Of a stretch of DNA of 64,000 nucleotides, positions 19,975-30,318 are shown piece by piece. This DNA comes from Candidatus Heimdallarchaeum endolithica (GTDB lineage: Archaea > Asgardarchaeota > Heimdallarchaeia > Heimdallarchaeales > Heimdallarchaeaceae), in NCBI GenBank assembly GCA_021513715.1, contig CP084167.1:386124-450123 (forward strand), read 5' to 3'. The notes below the pieces were generated by a model, which made no database searches, had not been told where the DNA came from, and saw only the letters and a program-made list of their open reading frames with translations. The translations under genes were made by a program, and so were the position numbers. Positions within the stretch are counted from its first letter, which is position 1; every line of letters begins with the position of its first letter.

Positions 19975-20105
19975 AGTTATAAGAAGGTAGGTAAATGTTA
20001 AAAAACTTATGTAATACTCTCGTTTTATGGATTATGTCGGCATTTTATGTTTCTGTAAAAATAAAGAGCTTTAAAAATATGTAAAGAAAGAAATACTAAA
20101 GGCAA

Positions 20106-20921
20106 ATGATAAGTATGAGAAAAGAAGAAAAAATCTGGGAAAAATTAATTGCTTTCTTTGAAGGAAAATCTGTTGTTGTGGCTTTTTCAGGAGGGTTAGA
20201 CAGTACAGTTTTACTTGAAGCTGCTTTAGTAAAAGCTAAAAAGGTTTTAGCAGTATTTATCAAAACAAATTTAGTGCAAAACGAAGATGAGATGATAGTA
20301 AAAGAATATGCAAAGAAAAGAAATGTAGAATTAAAGATTTTTAGGTTAAATTTACTAGATAATAAGAATGTTGTAAAAAATGATTCACTAAGATGTTATT
20401 ACTGTAAAAAAAAGTTATTTTTGAAAGTAAAAGAAGAAATTGATAAAGAAAATTTTGATATTATTGTAGAAGGAACAAATTTCACTGATCTCTCTGATTA
20501 TCGTCCAGGGTTGAAAGCGATAAAAGAATTAGGAATAATTAGCCCTTTTATTGAATTTGGTGTGAATAAAGACCAAATAAAAAAAATAGTTCAACTTTAC
20601 TCATTTCCAATTTTACGAAAAGAAGCTACTACATGTTTAGCTACAAGAATTGCTTATAATATTAAATTAACTAAAGAAAGGTTAGAAAGAATAGAGGAAA
20701 CTGAAATTTTTATTAGAAAACTTGTGGAAATCAATTCTCTTCGTGTAAGGGATCATGGTGATTTAGCAAGAATAGAAGTTAATCCCTCTGTTCTTTCAAA
20801 ACTAGTCGAACCTGAAATAAGAAAAAAAATCATAGAAACTTTTAACAAAAAGGGTTTTAAATACATTACACTTGACTTAGAAGGATATATTCAAGGAAGT
20901 ATGAATAGAGAAATTAAGTAA
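20106..20921 (+). CDS. larE: ATP-dependent sacrificial sulfur transferase LarE (PP-loop ATP pyrophosphatase)
   Basis: PP-loop SGGLDS near the N-terminus. Conserved Cys-containing region. About 270 aa. Immediately followed by larC and larB on the same strand. Confidence 0.7.
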   Translation: MISMRKEEKIWEKLIAFFEGKSVVVAFSGGLDSTVLLEAALVKAKKVLAVFIKTNLVQNEDEMIVKEYAKKRNVELKIFRLNLLDNKNVVKNDSLRCYYCKKKLFLKVKEEIDKENFDIIVEGTNFTDLSDYRPGLKAIKELGIISPFIEFGVNKDQIKKIVQLYSFPILRKEATTCLATRIAYNIKLTKERLERIEETEIFIRKLVEINSLRVRDHGDLARIEVNPSVLSKLVEPEIRKKIIETFNKKGFKYITLDLEGYIQGSMNREIK

Positions 20922-20931
20922 GAGTGATAAA

Positions 20932-22146
20932 ATGGAAGTAATTATTATTGATCCAAGGTTAGCAGGGGCTTCAGGAGATATGCTCCTTGCTTCAATTGTT
21001 GATCTTGTAGGAGAAAAACATCTTTTAGAGTTTATTGAGCAATTAAATGAATATTTTAAGACTGGGATAAGTATAAACATAAATAGAATAAAAAAGAAAG
21101 GTTTGAATTCTATATATCTTGAACTGGCCATTAATAGAGACATACCTTATAATCATGTTGTAGACCTAAAAAGAGAATTGAATGGTTTTTTGGAATATTT
21201 ACCTATATCTTCTGTTGCAAAATCAAAAATAAAAGAAACTTTTCAACTGATATTTAAAGCTGAATCTATCGTACATAATGAACCATTAGAGACCTTACAT
21301 CTTCATGAAACAGCAAGTATTGATACTTTTTTAGATATAGTAGGATTCTATTATTTGCTTGAAAAAAATAATTTACTTCACGTACCATTTCTATGTCTTC
21401 CAATAAATACAGGCTCTGGTTTTGTTGAATTTTCGCATGGAAAAGTTTCTGTGCCAGCTCCTGCAGTAAGTGAAATAGCAAGGGCGAAAAGGCTATTGGT
21501 TTTCTCAGATCAAACTGAAGGAGAGTTGCTAACACCAACAGGAATAGCAATTATTGCCTCAGTAATCACAAAACAAATAGAAGTACTTCCTCCAATAATC
21601 ATTAAAAAGATAGCAAGAGGAGCAGGAACAAAGAATCTAAAAAATAAAGCAAATGTGCTTACATTGTTTTATTCTGATATTCCTGAAGATGAAAGTAAAC
21701 ATTGTTTATCTGTTCTGGAAACTCATGTAGATGATGTATCTGGTGAGATACTAGGTTCAATCGTTTCTTTATTACTTGAAAAAGGAGCACTTGATGTTTC
21801 TTATTATCCTTTAGTCATGAAAAAGAATCGACCAGCTTGGAATTTGAGAATTATTTGTGAGAAAGAAAAAGCTTCAGAACTTGCACACTTTGTAATGCTT
21901 GAGTTAGGAACATTAGGAGTAAGAGAAACAATCGTGACAAGATATGAATTAGAAAGACAAATTACAGTAAAAAAGGTTGAAATAAAGGGTAAAACCTTTG
22001 AATGTAGATTCAAAGAAAGAATGATTAAAGGAGAAATTGTTGGTGCTAAACCTGAATATGAAGATATAAAGAGAATTTCACAAGAAACTGAAATACCCTT
22101 AATTGATTTGGAGAAACAACTAATAAAACAGTATTATAGTGAATAA
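20932..22146 (+). CDS. larC: Nickel-pincer cofactor nickel insertase LarC (DUF111 family)
   Basis: N-terminus MEVIIIDPRLAGASGDMLLASIVDL is the LarC/DUF111 signature. 404 aa. Overlaps larB by 8 nt. Confidence 0.75.
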   Translation: MEVIIIDPRLAGASGDMLLASIVDLVGEKHLLEFIEQLNEYFKTGISININRIKKKGLNSIYLELAINRDIPYNHVVDLKRELNGFLEYLPISSVAKSKIKETFQLIFKAESIVHNEPLETLHLHETASIDTFLDIVGFYYLLEKNNLLHVPFLCLPINTGSGFVEFSHGKVSVPAPAVSEIARAKRLLVFSDQTEGELLTPTGIAIIASVITKQIEVLPPIIIKKIARGAGTKNLKNKANVLTLFYSDIPEDESKHCLSVLETHVDDVSGEILGSIVSLLLEKGALDVSYYPLVMKKNRPAWNLRIICEKEKASELAHFVMLELGTLGVRETIVTRYELERQITVKKVEIKGKTFECRFKERMIKGEIVGAKPEYEDIKRISQETEIPLIDLEKQLIKQYYSE

Positions 22147-22933
22147 AATGAAAAGAAGAGAGATACTTGAGAAGATATACAAAAATGAGATTACAGTGGA
22201 AGAAGCTGAAATTTTGCTTTCAAAAAACAATATTGAAGTTGTAGACGAATTTCTAAGATTTGACATTTTTAGAGAGCAAAGAACTGGTATTCCTGAAATA
22301 GTTTATGCAGAAACAAAAAGTCCTAAAAATGTAGCTGAAATAGTAAAAAAAGTTGTTTTAAAAAAGGAAATCTTGTTGATCTCTCGAACTACAGAGAAAC
22401 ATGTTAAAAAATTAAAAGAAATAGAGGAGTCACTAAAAGAGTTCTCTTTTGAATATGGCCCAGAAGAAAGATTTTGTTTAGTTAAAAAGAGAGGATACAA
22501 TCTAAAAAAAGAAAATGGAAAAGTAGGAATCATCACTGCAGGGACATCAGATATACCAGTAGCAACAGAAGCTAAAATAGTCGCTGAAATGATGGGTTGT
22601 GAAACAATACTGATTAATGATGTAGGAGTAGCTGGCATACATAGATTGTTTGAACCTTTGAATTCTCTTTTGAAAGAAGAAGTAGATGTTTTAATAGTTG
22701 CAGCAGGAATGGAAGGAGCTTTACCTACTGTTGTTGCTGGATTAGTAGATATTCCAGTGATTGGATTGCCTATCTCCACTGGTTATGGGTTTGGAGGAAA
22801 AGGACAAACAGCTCTAATGAGTATGTTACAAACTTGCGCATTAGGGTTAGCTGTTGTAAATATCGACGCTGGGGTAAGTGCTGGAGCTTTTGCTGCAAAA
22901 ATAGCAAAAAGAGTGCGAAAAAGAAAAAACTGA
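22139..22933 (+). CDS. larB: Nickel-pincer cofactor biosynthesis carboxylase/hydrolase LarB (PurE-like)
   Basis: PurE-like core (GIITAGTSDIPVATEAKIVAEMMGCE; AAGMEGALPTVVAG) with N-terminal extension, as in LarB. 264 aa. Confidence 0.75.
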   Translation: MNKMKRREILEKIYKNEITVEEAEILLSKNNIEVVDEFLRFDIFREQRTGIPEIVYAETKSPKNVAEIVKKVVLKKEILLISRTTEKHVKKLKEIEESLKEFSFEYGPEERFCLVKKRGYNLKKENGKVGIITAGTSDIPVATEAKIVAEMMGCETILINDVGVAGIHRLFEPLNSLLKEEVDVLIVAAGMEGALPTVVAGLVDIPVIGLPISTGYGFGGKGQTALMSMLQTCALGLAVVNIDAGVSAGAFAAKIAKRVRKRKN

Positions 22934-23017
22934 TTTTATAATAAGTATCTCTTGTTTATAAAATTCTATAATAATTTATTCAGATAAACTTAAATCCAAT
23001 TTAGTTTCTTTTTTATC

Positions 23018-24574
23018 ATGCTTTCTTTGAGAAATGTAGAAGCTACGATTAATAAGAAAATACTCGATAAATCTCGTTACCTAGATATTATTATAACTGT
23101 AATTGTATCAGTTCTAATTTTGGTTTTATCTTGTTATGTGAAAAACTTAATCAGTGAAAAAGTTAAGTTTCTTAGTAAGACATTTTTCTATTCTTTTACA
23201 AATCAAAAAGGTGAAAATATTACTTGGTATCTTGAAAGCTATACAGATGCAAGTTATTATTATGAACCTTTTTTACAAGCTTTTAGCTTTGAAGGTTGGA
23301 ACCCCTATAAAAGGTATTTAGGTTCAGAATTGGACTATTATATGTATGGACCAATTTTCATTTACAGCAAATATATTACTTTATTGATAATAGGATTTCT
23401 ACACCCCAATTTATCCCAAATTGAACTTGTTAAAGCTTCTATAAAATGGTCAGCAATTACAATTGATTCTCTCTCTGTGATGATGCTCTATATTGTAATA
23501 ATAAATCTGAAATTTCTCAAAGAAAAACTTGTTCTTAAACATATTATTGGCTTTTTAGGTTCAATATTATTAATGCTAGCTCCTATTAATTTATATTATT
23601 CAGACACATTATACCTAAATGGCCCTCTAATGACCTTTTTTGCTTTAATAGGATTAAACTACTTCTTGAAAGAAAAATATACATTGTCTGGTATATTTCT
23701 CTCTTTATCATTTCTAAGTAAACAACTTTCTTTATTCCTTGTAATTCAATTTTTTATTCTAATATGGAAAAGTAAAGATCTAAAAACAGCTTTTACTAAA
23801 TTTCTGAACCCATTTATAATAACAAGTTTTCTTCTTAGTATTCCTTGGATATTTATTACGCCCATACTTTACATAGGGAGAATATTTGCAGCAGGGCATC
23901 CTCAGTTTTATCTTAATGAAGAATTAAGTATTGCTCAATCTTTAGCTAATTCAATATCAAGTTTAGGATGCGAATTGTGTGCTCAAATATATTGGTACCT
24001 AAATTTTGTAATGATACCTTTTCTTGTGTTTTATGGAGGTTGTCTATTGTTTGCACATTTCAATGCTAAAGAAATAATGGAAAGTGAGGAAAATATTATT
24101 TTATATACAACATTGTCAGTTCTCATTCTTCATACATTTATTTCAAGAGGAATTTACAAATATTATAATAGTTACATCAATGTATTTTTTATTCTTTCAA
24201 TCATTGTTGTTTCTTATAGAATAATAAAATACATGTTTAAGAAAGAAAAAGGGTTCAGTGCTAAAGAAAAAATTACTCTTTCATTTATTATATTCTTGTG
24301 TTCTATTCTATTCACAATCCTTCTTTGGGGAGAAAATTTACTAATTATGAAAATTCAAAGGGAAAGACATCCACTAATATTACTATTGATGACAATAATA
24401 TTCTCTTTTAGTTTTAAATTAGATAATTATAAAAAACTCTTTATAAAGAAAAATTACAGAATTTTAGTTATTGATGTAAAAAGCTTCTTCATTTACATTT
24501 ATTCATCAACAAAGAAAAAATTCTTAAAAATGGTAAAAATAATTTGTAAGAAACTTAAAAAAGAAAATGATTAA
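23018..24574 (+). CDS. Polytopic membrane protein, possibly a GT-C-type glycosyltransferase (ArnT/PMT-like); function unknown
   Basis: 518 aa with 12 or more hydrophobic helices. First extracytoplasmic loop has an acidic/aromatic motif (TDASYYYEPF). No other recognisable signature. Confidence 0.3.
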   Translation: MLSLRNVEATINKKILDKSRYLDIIITVIVSVLILVLSCYVKNLISEKVKFLSKTFFYSFTNQKGENITWYLESYTDASYYYEPFLQAFSFEGWNPYKRYLGSELDYYMYGPIFIYSKYITLLIIGFLHPNLSQIELVKASIKWSAITIDSLSVMMLYIVIINLKFLKEKLVLKHIIGFLGSILLMLAPINLYYSDTLYLNGPLMTFFALIGLNYFLKEKYTLSGIFLSLSFLSKQLSLFLVIQFFILIWKSKDLKTAFTKFLNPFIITSFLLSIPWIFITPILYIGRIFAAGHPQFYLNEELSIAQSLANSISSLGCELCAQIYWYLNFVMIPFLVFYGGCLLFAHFNAKEIMESEENIILYTTLSVLILHTFISRGIYKYYNSYINVFFILSIIVVSYRIIKYMFKKEKGFSAKEKITLSFIIFLCSILFTILLWGENLLIMKIQRERHPLILLLMTIIFSFSFKLDNYKKLFIKKNYRILVIDVKSFFIYIYSSTKKKFLKMVKIICKKLKKEND

Positions 24575-25074
24575 TTTGTCTTGAACTAATATTCTTCTTC
24601 AATTTTATAAGGGTCAAAAAGCTTTAATACTTGTTTTGCTTTCTTTTTCCTTCTTATTTTTGTATAATACTACTATTAGTAGAATTAAGTTTAAAACAAC
24701 AGCAACAGGAAAAGTAATAATGAATAAGAGTTGCAGCCCCACAACTCTCATTAGATAGACCAAATTCTGCTTTCAATATACTGTAAATCGCAGTTATGGA
24801 AAAGAAAGCATCAATACTCAGATAAAACCATTTTGTTATTGTATAAAAAATTGAATTTTCTCTTCTTTGTTTTGTATTCCCCATAAAAATAAAAAAAATT
24901 GGAGTTAATTATATTTTTTTTTCAGTCAACTTACTTTTAGAATGTCATTTAATTGTTTTTTGCATCTTTATCTTTATTTATAAACAGTGTTTTTTTTGCT
25001 GGTTTTGATTACCTAATCAGAAATACATATATATCTTAAATTTCAAATCATTATTGATTCAATTTCAAAAATAG

Positions 25075-25079
25075 GGGGT
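25075..25079 (+). promoter_or_regulatory. Shine-Dalgarno-like GGGGG just upstream of the 25081 (GTG) / 25084 (ATG) start
   Basis: atagggggttgtgATG. The purine/G-rich tract is complementary to the CCUCC end of 16S rRNA. An AT-rich TATA-like element (tacatatatatct, 25025-25037) lies further upstream. Confidence 0.25.
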
Positions 25080-25083
25080 TGTG

Positions 25084-28000
25084 ATGAATCAAAATGTCAA
25101 AGGATCTATCTCAAACATTTTAAGAAAAAAAAACATAATTCAAAGGATAAAGATGACTCTTGTTTTCAATATTTTATTAATAATTCTTTTATCTCAATAT
25201 TTATTCGTTTATTCTAGTTCAATCAATACATATTCTATCAATGATCTAAAACAAGAAAACCGAATTGAAAGAAGGATTGTTAATAAATTTAATTTACAAC
25301 ATCAAAAACAAATTGACTATATAATAAACAATGAAGAAAAACAAATAGAGGAATTATCTCAATCTCTAAATATTAACACAGAAAGAATAATAGCAAAGGC
25401 TAATCAGATACTTGATAGTCAAAAATTGAATACCCCTCTTTTATCAATATTCAAACCTGAACCTTCTACTTCTCTCTCTTATACTTCCCATTCCCCAATT
25501 TCAATAAATAGTAATGATGACTTTATCGCTCAAGCAAACTCTGAAGGGTGGATAGGTAGCGGAACAGAAGCTGATCCTTATATTATTTCTGGATTGAATA
25601 TCACATCTAACACAGAACAAGGAATTTCAATTTATAACACAACTCTATTCTTTAATATTGAGGATTGTATAATTACAGGAGGAACAGAAGGAATACATTT
25701 TCATCTTGTTTCGAATGCAAAAGTAATTAACACCTTTATTACAAATTCTTCAGAAAATAGTGTTGGTTTTTATACTTCTTCAAAAATACTGATTGACAAT
25801 TGTTCAATCTCTGGATCTAATGTAGGAATGAATATACAGTCCTCAGAAGAGATAGAAATAAATTCATGTAAAATATTTGATACTAATGACAATGGTGTTC
25901 AAATAGCTGAAAATTCAAGATACATAACTGGAATAAATAATGTTTTTCGAAATGTTCTTTTTGGATTTCAAGTAATGCACAGGTGTTATAATATTACAAT
26001 AACTGGAAACCAATTTTACGAAATGATAAATGCTGATGCTGTTCTTTCTGATTGGGAAAGTTCATGGAATTTCACTATCTCTGGGAATTTACTTTTTAAC
26101 AAATCTAGAATAGCAATTAACGAATATTCATATAACAATATTGTCTCAAATAACACTTTTTATGGAGGTACATTGTTTATTAGAGGAGATAACAATAAAG
26201 TATTTAACAACTTATTTATCTCCGACGGTGAAGTTTTTGGTCAAATAACTCTTAACGATGGAAATTTCAATGAGATAAAAGAAAACATAATGGAAGCAAG
26301 TATAAGTATATCTAACTTAACCAACACTTTTATTGAAAATAATATTATCAGCTCTTTAGCAGTTTATCAAGATGGAATAAGTATTTTTGGTTCAAGTTAT
26401 ATAACCGTAAAAAACAATACGATACATCACATTACCAAAGGAAATGGAATAAGTGTTTCAGAAAGCTTTGAAATAGACATGATTGACAACTCAATTGGTT
26501 TTATAGGAACAGAAAGTGATCCAAGAGAAGGTATTAACCTATATTTATCTTCTAATCTTTCAATTATCAATAATGAAATCTCTAATGCTACAAGAATGGG
26601 TATGGCCAGTTACAAAACTAATTCTACTACTATAGAAAACAACTTTTTCTACAATATAAGTTTGTACGGTTTACATTTTCCTGCACCAAATTATAATATT
26701 ATCATTCAAAACAATACTTTTGAAAATATGCTTGATCGAGCTATTGACATTGGGGGAACAAATAATATTATTCAGTATAATACGATAAAGCATTGCAAAG
26801 ATTGTGGAATAACATTACCCTCTTTCTCATTTAGTAAGATAATTAACAATACTATTAAAGACATTGGAGGAAGTGCAATATCTAGCTATTGGGGCTGCCT
26901 GAATCTTGAAATCGCTAATAATTTTATTTCAAACTCGTCATATGGTCTTGGTTTATCAGATTCTTTAGATCTAATAATTCAAAAAAATACAATAACAAAT
27001 ATTTTAGATGTATCTATTTACATATCTTTCACTGGTGATTATCAAATTAACTATTTCAATTCTGAAACAAATCAAATAATAATAAACAATAATGAACTTT
27101 CTTATTCTAGAGTGGGAATTTGTATGTGTGGCCAAAATATTTATTCTAACATTCTTAATTTATTCATCTTTGGGAATACAATTAGTAATCATGCTGATAA
27201 TGGAATACAATTGCACGAATTTAGTGGATTATTTAACATATATGACAATTTTATTGACAATTGTGGTTGGGCAGGAATTGAACTTTGGGGAGATGAAAAT
27301 GGTATAGTAGAAAACAATTCCATTTACTATTGTGACAATTCTGCAAGAGATACAAGAGCTATACAATTAGATTTTTCTTACAATGTACAAATAACTGAAA
27401 ATCACATTGAAAGTAATAATATAGGTATCTATATCTATGGAAGTAGTAATTCTTCGATTACACTGAATTCATTCATTTCCAATGCTAATGAAGGAATAAT
27501 AATAGATGAAAATAAAGATAATCTAACTGAAATAAAGGTTATGCACAATAATTTCATTAATAATAATCCAGGAGGGAAACAAGCTTCAGATTTTGGTTCA
27601 AATAATGTTTTCATCTTAAATTATTGGTCTGATCACACTAACACAGATGCTAATGGAGATGGAATAGCTGATGAACCTTATTATTTAGGAGGAAATACAG
27701 GAAATGCTGATAACTTTCCTTTAGTAGATCTTGTATCTGAACAATCACCAACACATGTTATGACGATTCCTTCAATTATTTATCCAGTTTCAGGAATAAC
27801 ATTGTCAGGTGTAGAAAAAATAAAATGGAAAAAAGCTTATGATTCAATGGACTATGAAGTTTTTTATGATCTTTATTATTCAAAAGATAATGGAAATAGC
27901 TGGATAATGATTGCAAATACTATTAAAGAAAACTCATATAACTGGGATACAACTAGTGTTTCTGATGGTGATAACTATAAACTTAAGGTTATAGCAGATG

Positions 28001-28182
28001 ATAATCATGGATTAACTTCTGTAGCTATATCTAAAACTTTTAGAATCTCAAACGCTCAAAATTCAGATTCAACAGATACCAAACAAACAGTTGAAGTTTC
28101 AAGTTGGTCTATATTTATTTCTTTGTCAAGTTTTGTATTTGTCATCTATGCTTTACGAAAGAGATTTTTCTTCAGAAGATAG
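25084..28182 (+). CDS. Large cell-surface protein with right-handed parallel beta-helix repeats (NosD/pectate-lyase-like), C-terminal Ig/Fn-like domain and C-terminal TM anchor
   Basis: N-terminal signal anchor. Many 22-25-residue PbH1-type repeats (NxIxxNxxxGIxL pattern, e.g. NNFISNSSYGLGLSDSLDLIIQKNTITN). Ends in a hydrophobic helix plus RKRFFFRR. Confidence 0.6.
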   Translation: MNQNVKGSISNILRKKNIIQRIKMTLVFNILLIILLSQYLFVYSSSINTYSINDLKQENRIERRIVNKFNLQHQKQIDYIINNEEKQIEELSQSLNINTERIIAKANQILDSQKLNTPLLSIFKPEPSTSLSYTSHSPISINSNDDFIAQANSEGWIGSGTEADPYIISGLNITSNTEQGISIYNTTLFFNIEDCIITGGTEGIHFHLVSNAKVINTFITNSSENSVGFYTSSKILIDNCSISGSNVGMNIQSSEEIEINSCKIFDTNDNGVQIAENSRYITGINNVFRNVLFGFQVMHRCYNITITGNQFYEMINADAVLSDWESSWNFTISGNLLFNKSRIAINEYSYNNIVSNNTFYGGTLFIRGDNNKVFNNLFISDGEVFGQITLNDGNFNEIKENIMEASISISNLTNTFIENNIISSLAVYQDGISIFGSSYITVKNNTIHHITKGNGISVSESFEIDMIDNSIGFIGTESDPREGINLYLSSNLSIINNEISNATRMGMASYKTNSTTIENNFFYNISLYGLHFPAPNYNIIIQNNTFENMLDRAIDIGGTNNIIQYNTIKHCKDCGITLPSFSFSKIINNTIKDIGGSAISSYWGCLNLEIANNFISNSSYGLGLSDSLDLIIQKNTITNILDVSIYISFTGDYQINYFNSETNQIIINNNELSYSRVGICMCGQNIYSNILNLFIFGNTISNHADNGIQLHEFSGLFNIYDNFIDNCGWAGIELWGDENGIVENNSIYYCDNSARDTRAIQLDFSYNVQITENHIESNNIGIYIYGSSNSSITLNSFISNANEGIIIDENKDNLTEIKVMHNNFINNNPGGKQASDFGSNNVFILNYWSDHTNTDANGDGIADEPYYLGGNTGNADNFPLVDLVSEQSPTHVMTIPSIIYPVSGITLSGVEKIKWKKAYDSMDYEVFYDLYYSKDNGNSWIMIANTIKENSYNWDTTSVSDGDNYKLKVIADDNHGLTSVAISKTFRISNAQNSDSTDTKQTVEVSSWSIFISLSSFVFVIYALRKRFFFRR

Positions 28183-28311
28183 GTTTTAATCTTTATCCTT
28201 TTCTTTTTTTTCTTAGGATAGTTTATGAACAAAAATTTTACAATTCTGAAAATTATTTTTTATTCATTAATCTGAATATTTTTTAAGCATATAATTTTCT
28301 TTGAAGTGTTT

Positions 28312-29058
28312 ATGTCGAATCCTATTCTAGAAACTGTTAATTTAACTCTTAAAATTGAAGATAAATTAATCTTCAGAAATATAAATTTGAAGGTTGAAAA
28401 AGGAACTATACATGCTTTGATAGGAGTAAATGGTTGTGGTAAGTCTTCCATAGCTAGTGTACTTATGGGGTTGAAAAAACCTACTAAAGGGAAAATTATT
28501 CTTGATGGAGAGAATATAGTTGATCTTTCAATAACTGAACGAGCTCAAAAAGGATTGACACTAGCTTGGCAAGAACCTGTCAGATTCGAAGGACTTTCTG
28601 TTAAAGATTATTTATCTATTTCAGGAAAAAGTGTTAACATTGATACAATAAAAAAAGCTCTCGAATCTGTTGGTCTTATTCCTGAAAAATATCTTGATCG
28701 TTTTGTTGATGATACTCTTTCTGGTGGAGAAAGAAAAAGAGTGGAACTTGCTTCCATTTTACTTATGAAGCCAAAAGTAGCTATACTAGATGAAATCGAT
28801 AGTGGAGTAGATTTCATCGGAATAGACAAAGTATTAGATACAATTAGAAAAATAGCTCAATCTGGAAGTGTTCTTCTAATCACGCATCAAGATGAATTTT
28901 TGAAAATAACTGATAAAGCTACTTTAATCTGTAATGGTATTATCCTTAGAACAGGAGAACCTCAGGGGATTAGTAAATTCTACAGATATGAATGTACATA
29001 TTGTGTAGATGAGAACCCTGATTTTGATTTGGAGGAACTTCTAAATGTCAATCGATAG
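28312..29058 (+). CDS. sufC: Fe-S cluster assembly ATPase SufC
   Basis: Walker A GVNGCGKSS, ABC signature LSGGERKR, Walker B ILDEIDSG. About 250 aa, typical of SufC. Overlaps the sufB-like gene. Confidence 0.75.
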   Translation: MSNPILETVNLTLKIEDKLIFRNINLKVEKGTIHALIGVNGCGKSSIASVLMGLKKPTKGKIILDGENIVDLSITERAQKGLTLAWQEPVRFEGLSVKDYLSISGKSVNIDTIKKALESVGLIPEKYLDRFVDDTLSGGERKRVELASILLMKPKVAILDEIDSGVDFIGIDKVLDTIRKIAQSGSVLLITHQDEFLKITDKATLICNGIILRTGEPQGISKFYRYECTYCVDENPDFDLEELLNVNR

Positions 29059-29995
29059 AAAAAACGAATATGAAGCACTCCTTGGTCTATTAGAGAAAGG
29101 AGGAGGAAATGCTGAAGAAATAAAAAATAACATTGGAGCAAATATGATTCTTAACAAGAATGAAATTATTTCTGTAAATGAAACAGAGGGAATTAAATTA
29201 AAAGCTATTAAAATACCTGATGGAGTTAAAGCTTCTATAATAATAAAAGAAGGATATAAAGAAACAAAACCAGTACATCTTTGTTTTGGTATTTTACCTA
29301 AGGAAGGAAAACAAGTTATAATATCTGAAATTATAGCAAAAAAGAATTCTAAAGTGAAAATTTTAAGCCATTGTATTTTTCCAAATGCAGTTCATATTCA
29401 ACATATTATGGAAGGAAAAATAATTTTAGAAGAAGGAGCTGAACTAGTTTATGAGGAAGAGCATTATCATTCAGAGGAAGGATTAATAGAAGTTAAACCA
29501 GTTCAAGAAGTTGTAGTGGAAAAAAATGCTAAATATTTTAACCATTTTAAAATGAAGAACGGAAGAGCAGGAAAAATAAATATCGATTATTTAGTTATTT
29601 TGAAAGAAAAAGCTGTTGCAGAACTTACAACGAAGATAGGAGCAAAATTAGATGATGAAATAAAAATGAAAGAAAAGATAATTTTGGAAGGAAAAGAATC
29701 TAGAGGACTTATACTTTCTCGAATTGTGCTAAGAGACTATTCAACTAGTGAATTTGTGGGAATAACAGTAGGAAAAGGAGCATATTCAAAGGCTCATGTT
29801 GATTGTAGTGAAATAGTAATGGATAATGCAAAAGCTTCGGCTATACCTGAAATTCAAGCTTTTGATTCAACAGCAAAGTTAACTCATGAAGCTGCAATTG
29901 GAAGAATTGATCAAAAACAATTGCATACTTTAATGGCTAAAGGGCTCAGTGAAAAACAATCAATAGAATATTTAGTTAACGGTTTACTAAATTAA
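29045..29995 (+). CDS. sufB: Fe-S cluster assembly scaffold SufB/SufD-family protein (short archaeal form)
   Basis: C-terminal SufB signature (THEAAIGRIDQKQLHTLMAKGLSEKQSIEYLVNGLL). Translationally coupled to sufC. Confidence 0.65.
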   Translation: MSIDRKNEYEALLGLLEKGGGNAEEIKNNIGANMILNKNEIISVNETEGIKLKAIKIPDGVKASIIIKEGYKETKPVHLCFGILPKEGKQVIISEIIAKKNSKVKILSHCIFPNAVHIQHIMEGKIILEEGAELVYEEEHYHSEEGLIEVKPVQEVVVEKNAKYFNHFKMKNGRAGKINIDYLVILKEKAVAELTTKIGAKLDDEIKMKEKIILEGKESRGLILSRIVLRDYSTSEFVGITVGKGAYSKAHVDCSEIVMDNAKASAIPEIQAFDSTAKLTHEAAIGRIDQKQLHTLMAKGLSEKQSIEYLVNGLLN

Positions 29996-30318
29996 TTTCT
30001 TATTTTTAAAAAAACTGTTTATTATGCTTCTAATTGTACGATACAGGAGTATAAGAGTAATTAGAAAATGTCATGGAGTTTTACTTTAAGTAAAAGTTAT
30101 ATTGGGAAATATGCTTAAGCGATGAAATATAACTAGGTAACCCAAAGCATTTAAAATAAATGTTCCTTTTTTCTTTTTCTATCTACAAAAACATTAATTT
30201 AGTTTTTTTATCAGCTTACTTTTTTACGCCAACTTTACTCCCAGGAGAAACCAATGAGTTTTTTGTAAAAATGTTAAGATAAATTTTTAACTTCTAGTGA
30301 TTCTTTCAATTATAAAAA

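Noticed and set aside
24654-24884. 76-aa minus-strand ORF upstream of the beta-helix protein as a small membrane protein gene
   Set aside because: Short, Cys- and Phe-rich, in an AT-rich intergenic region where random ORFs of this size are expected. No motif or start-context support.
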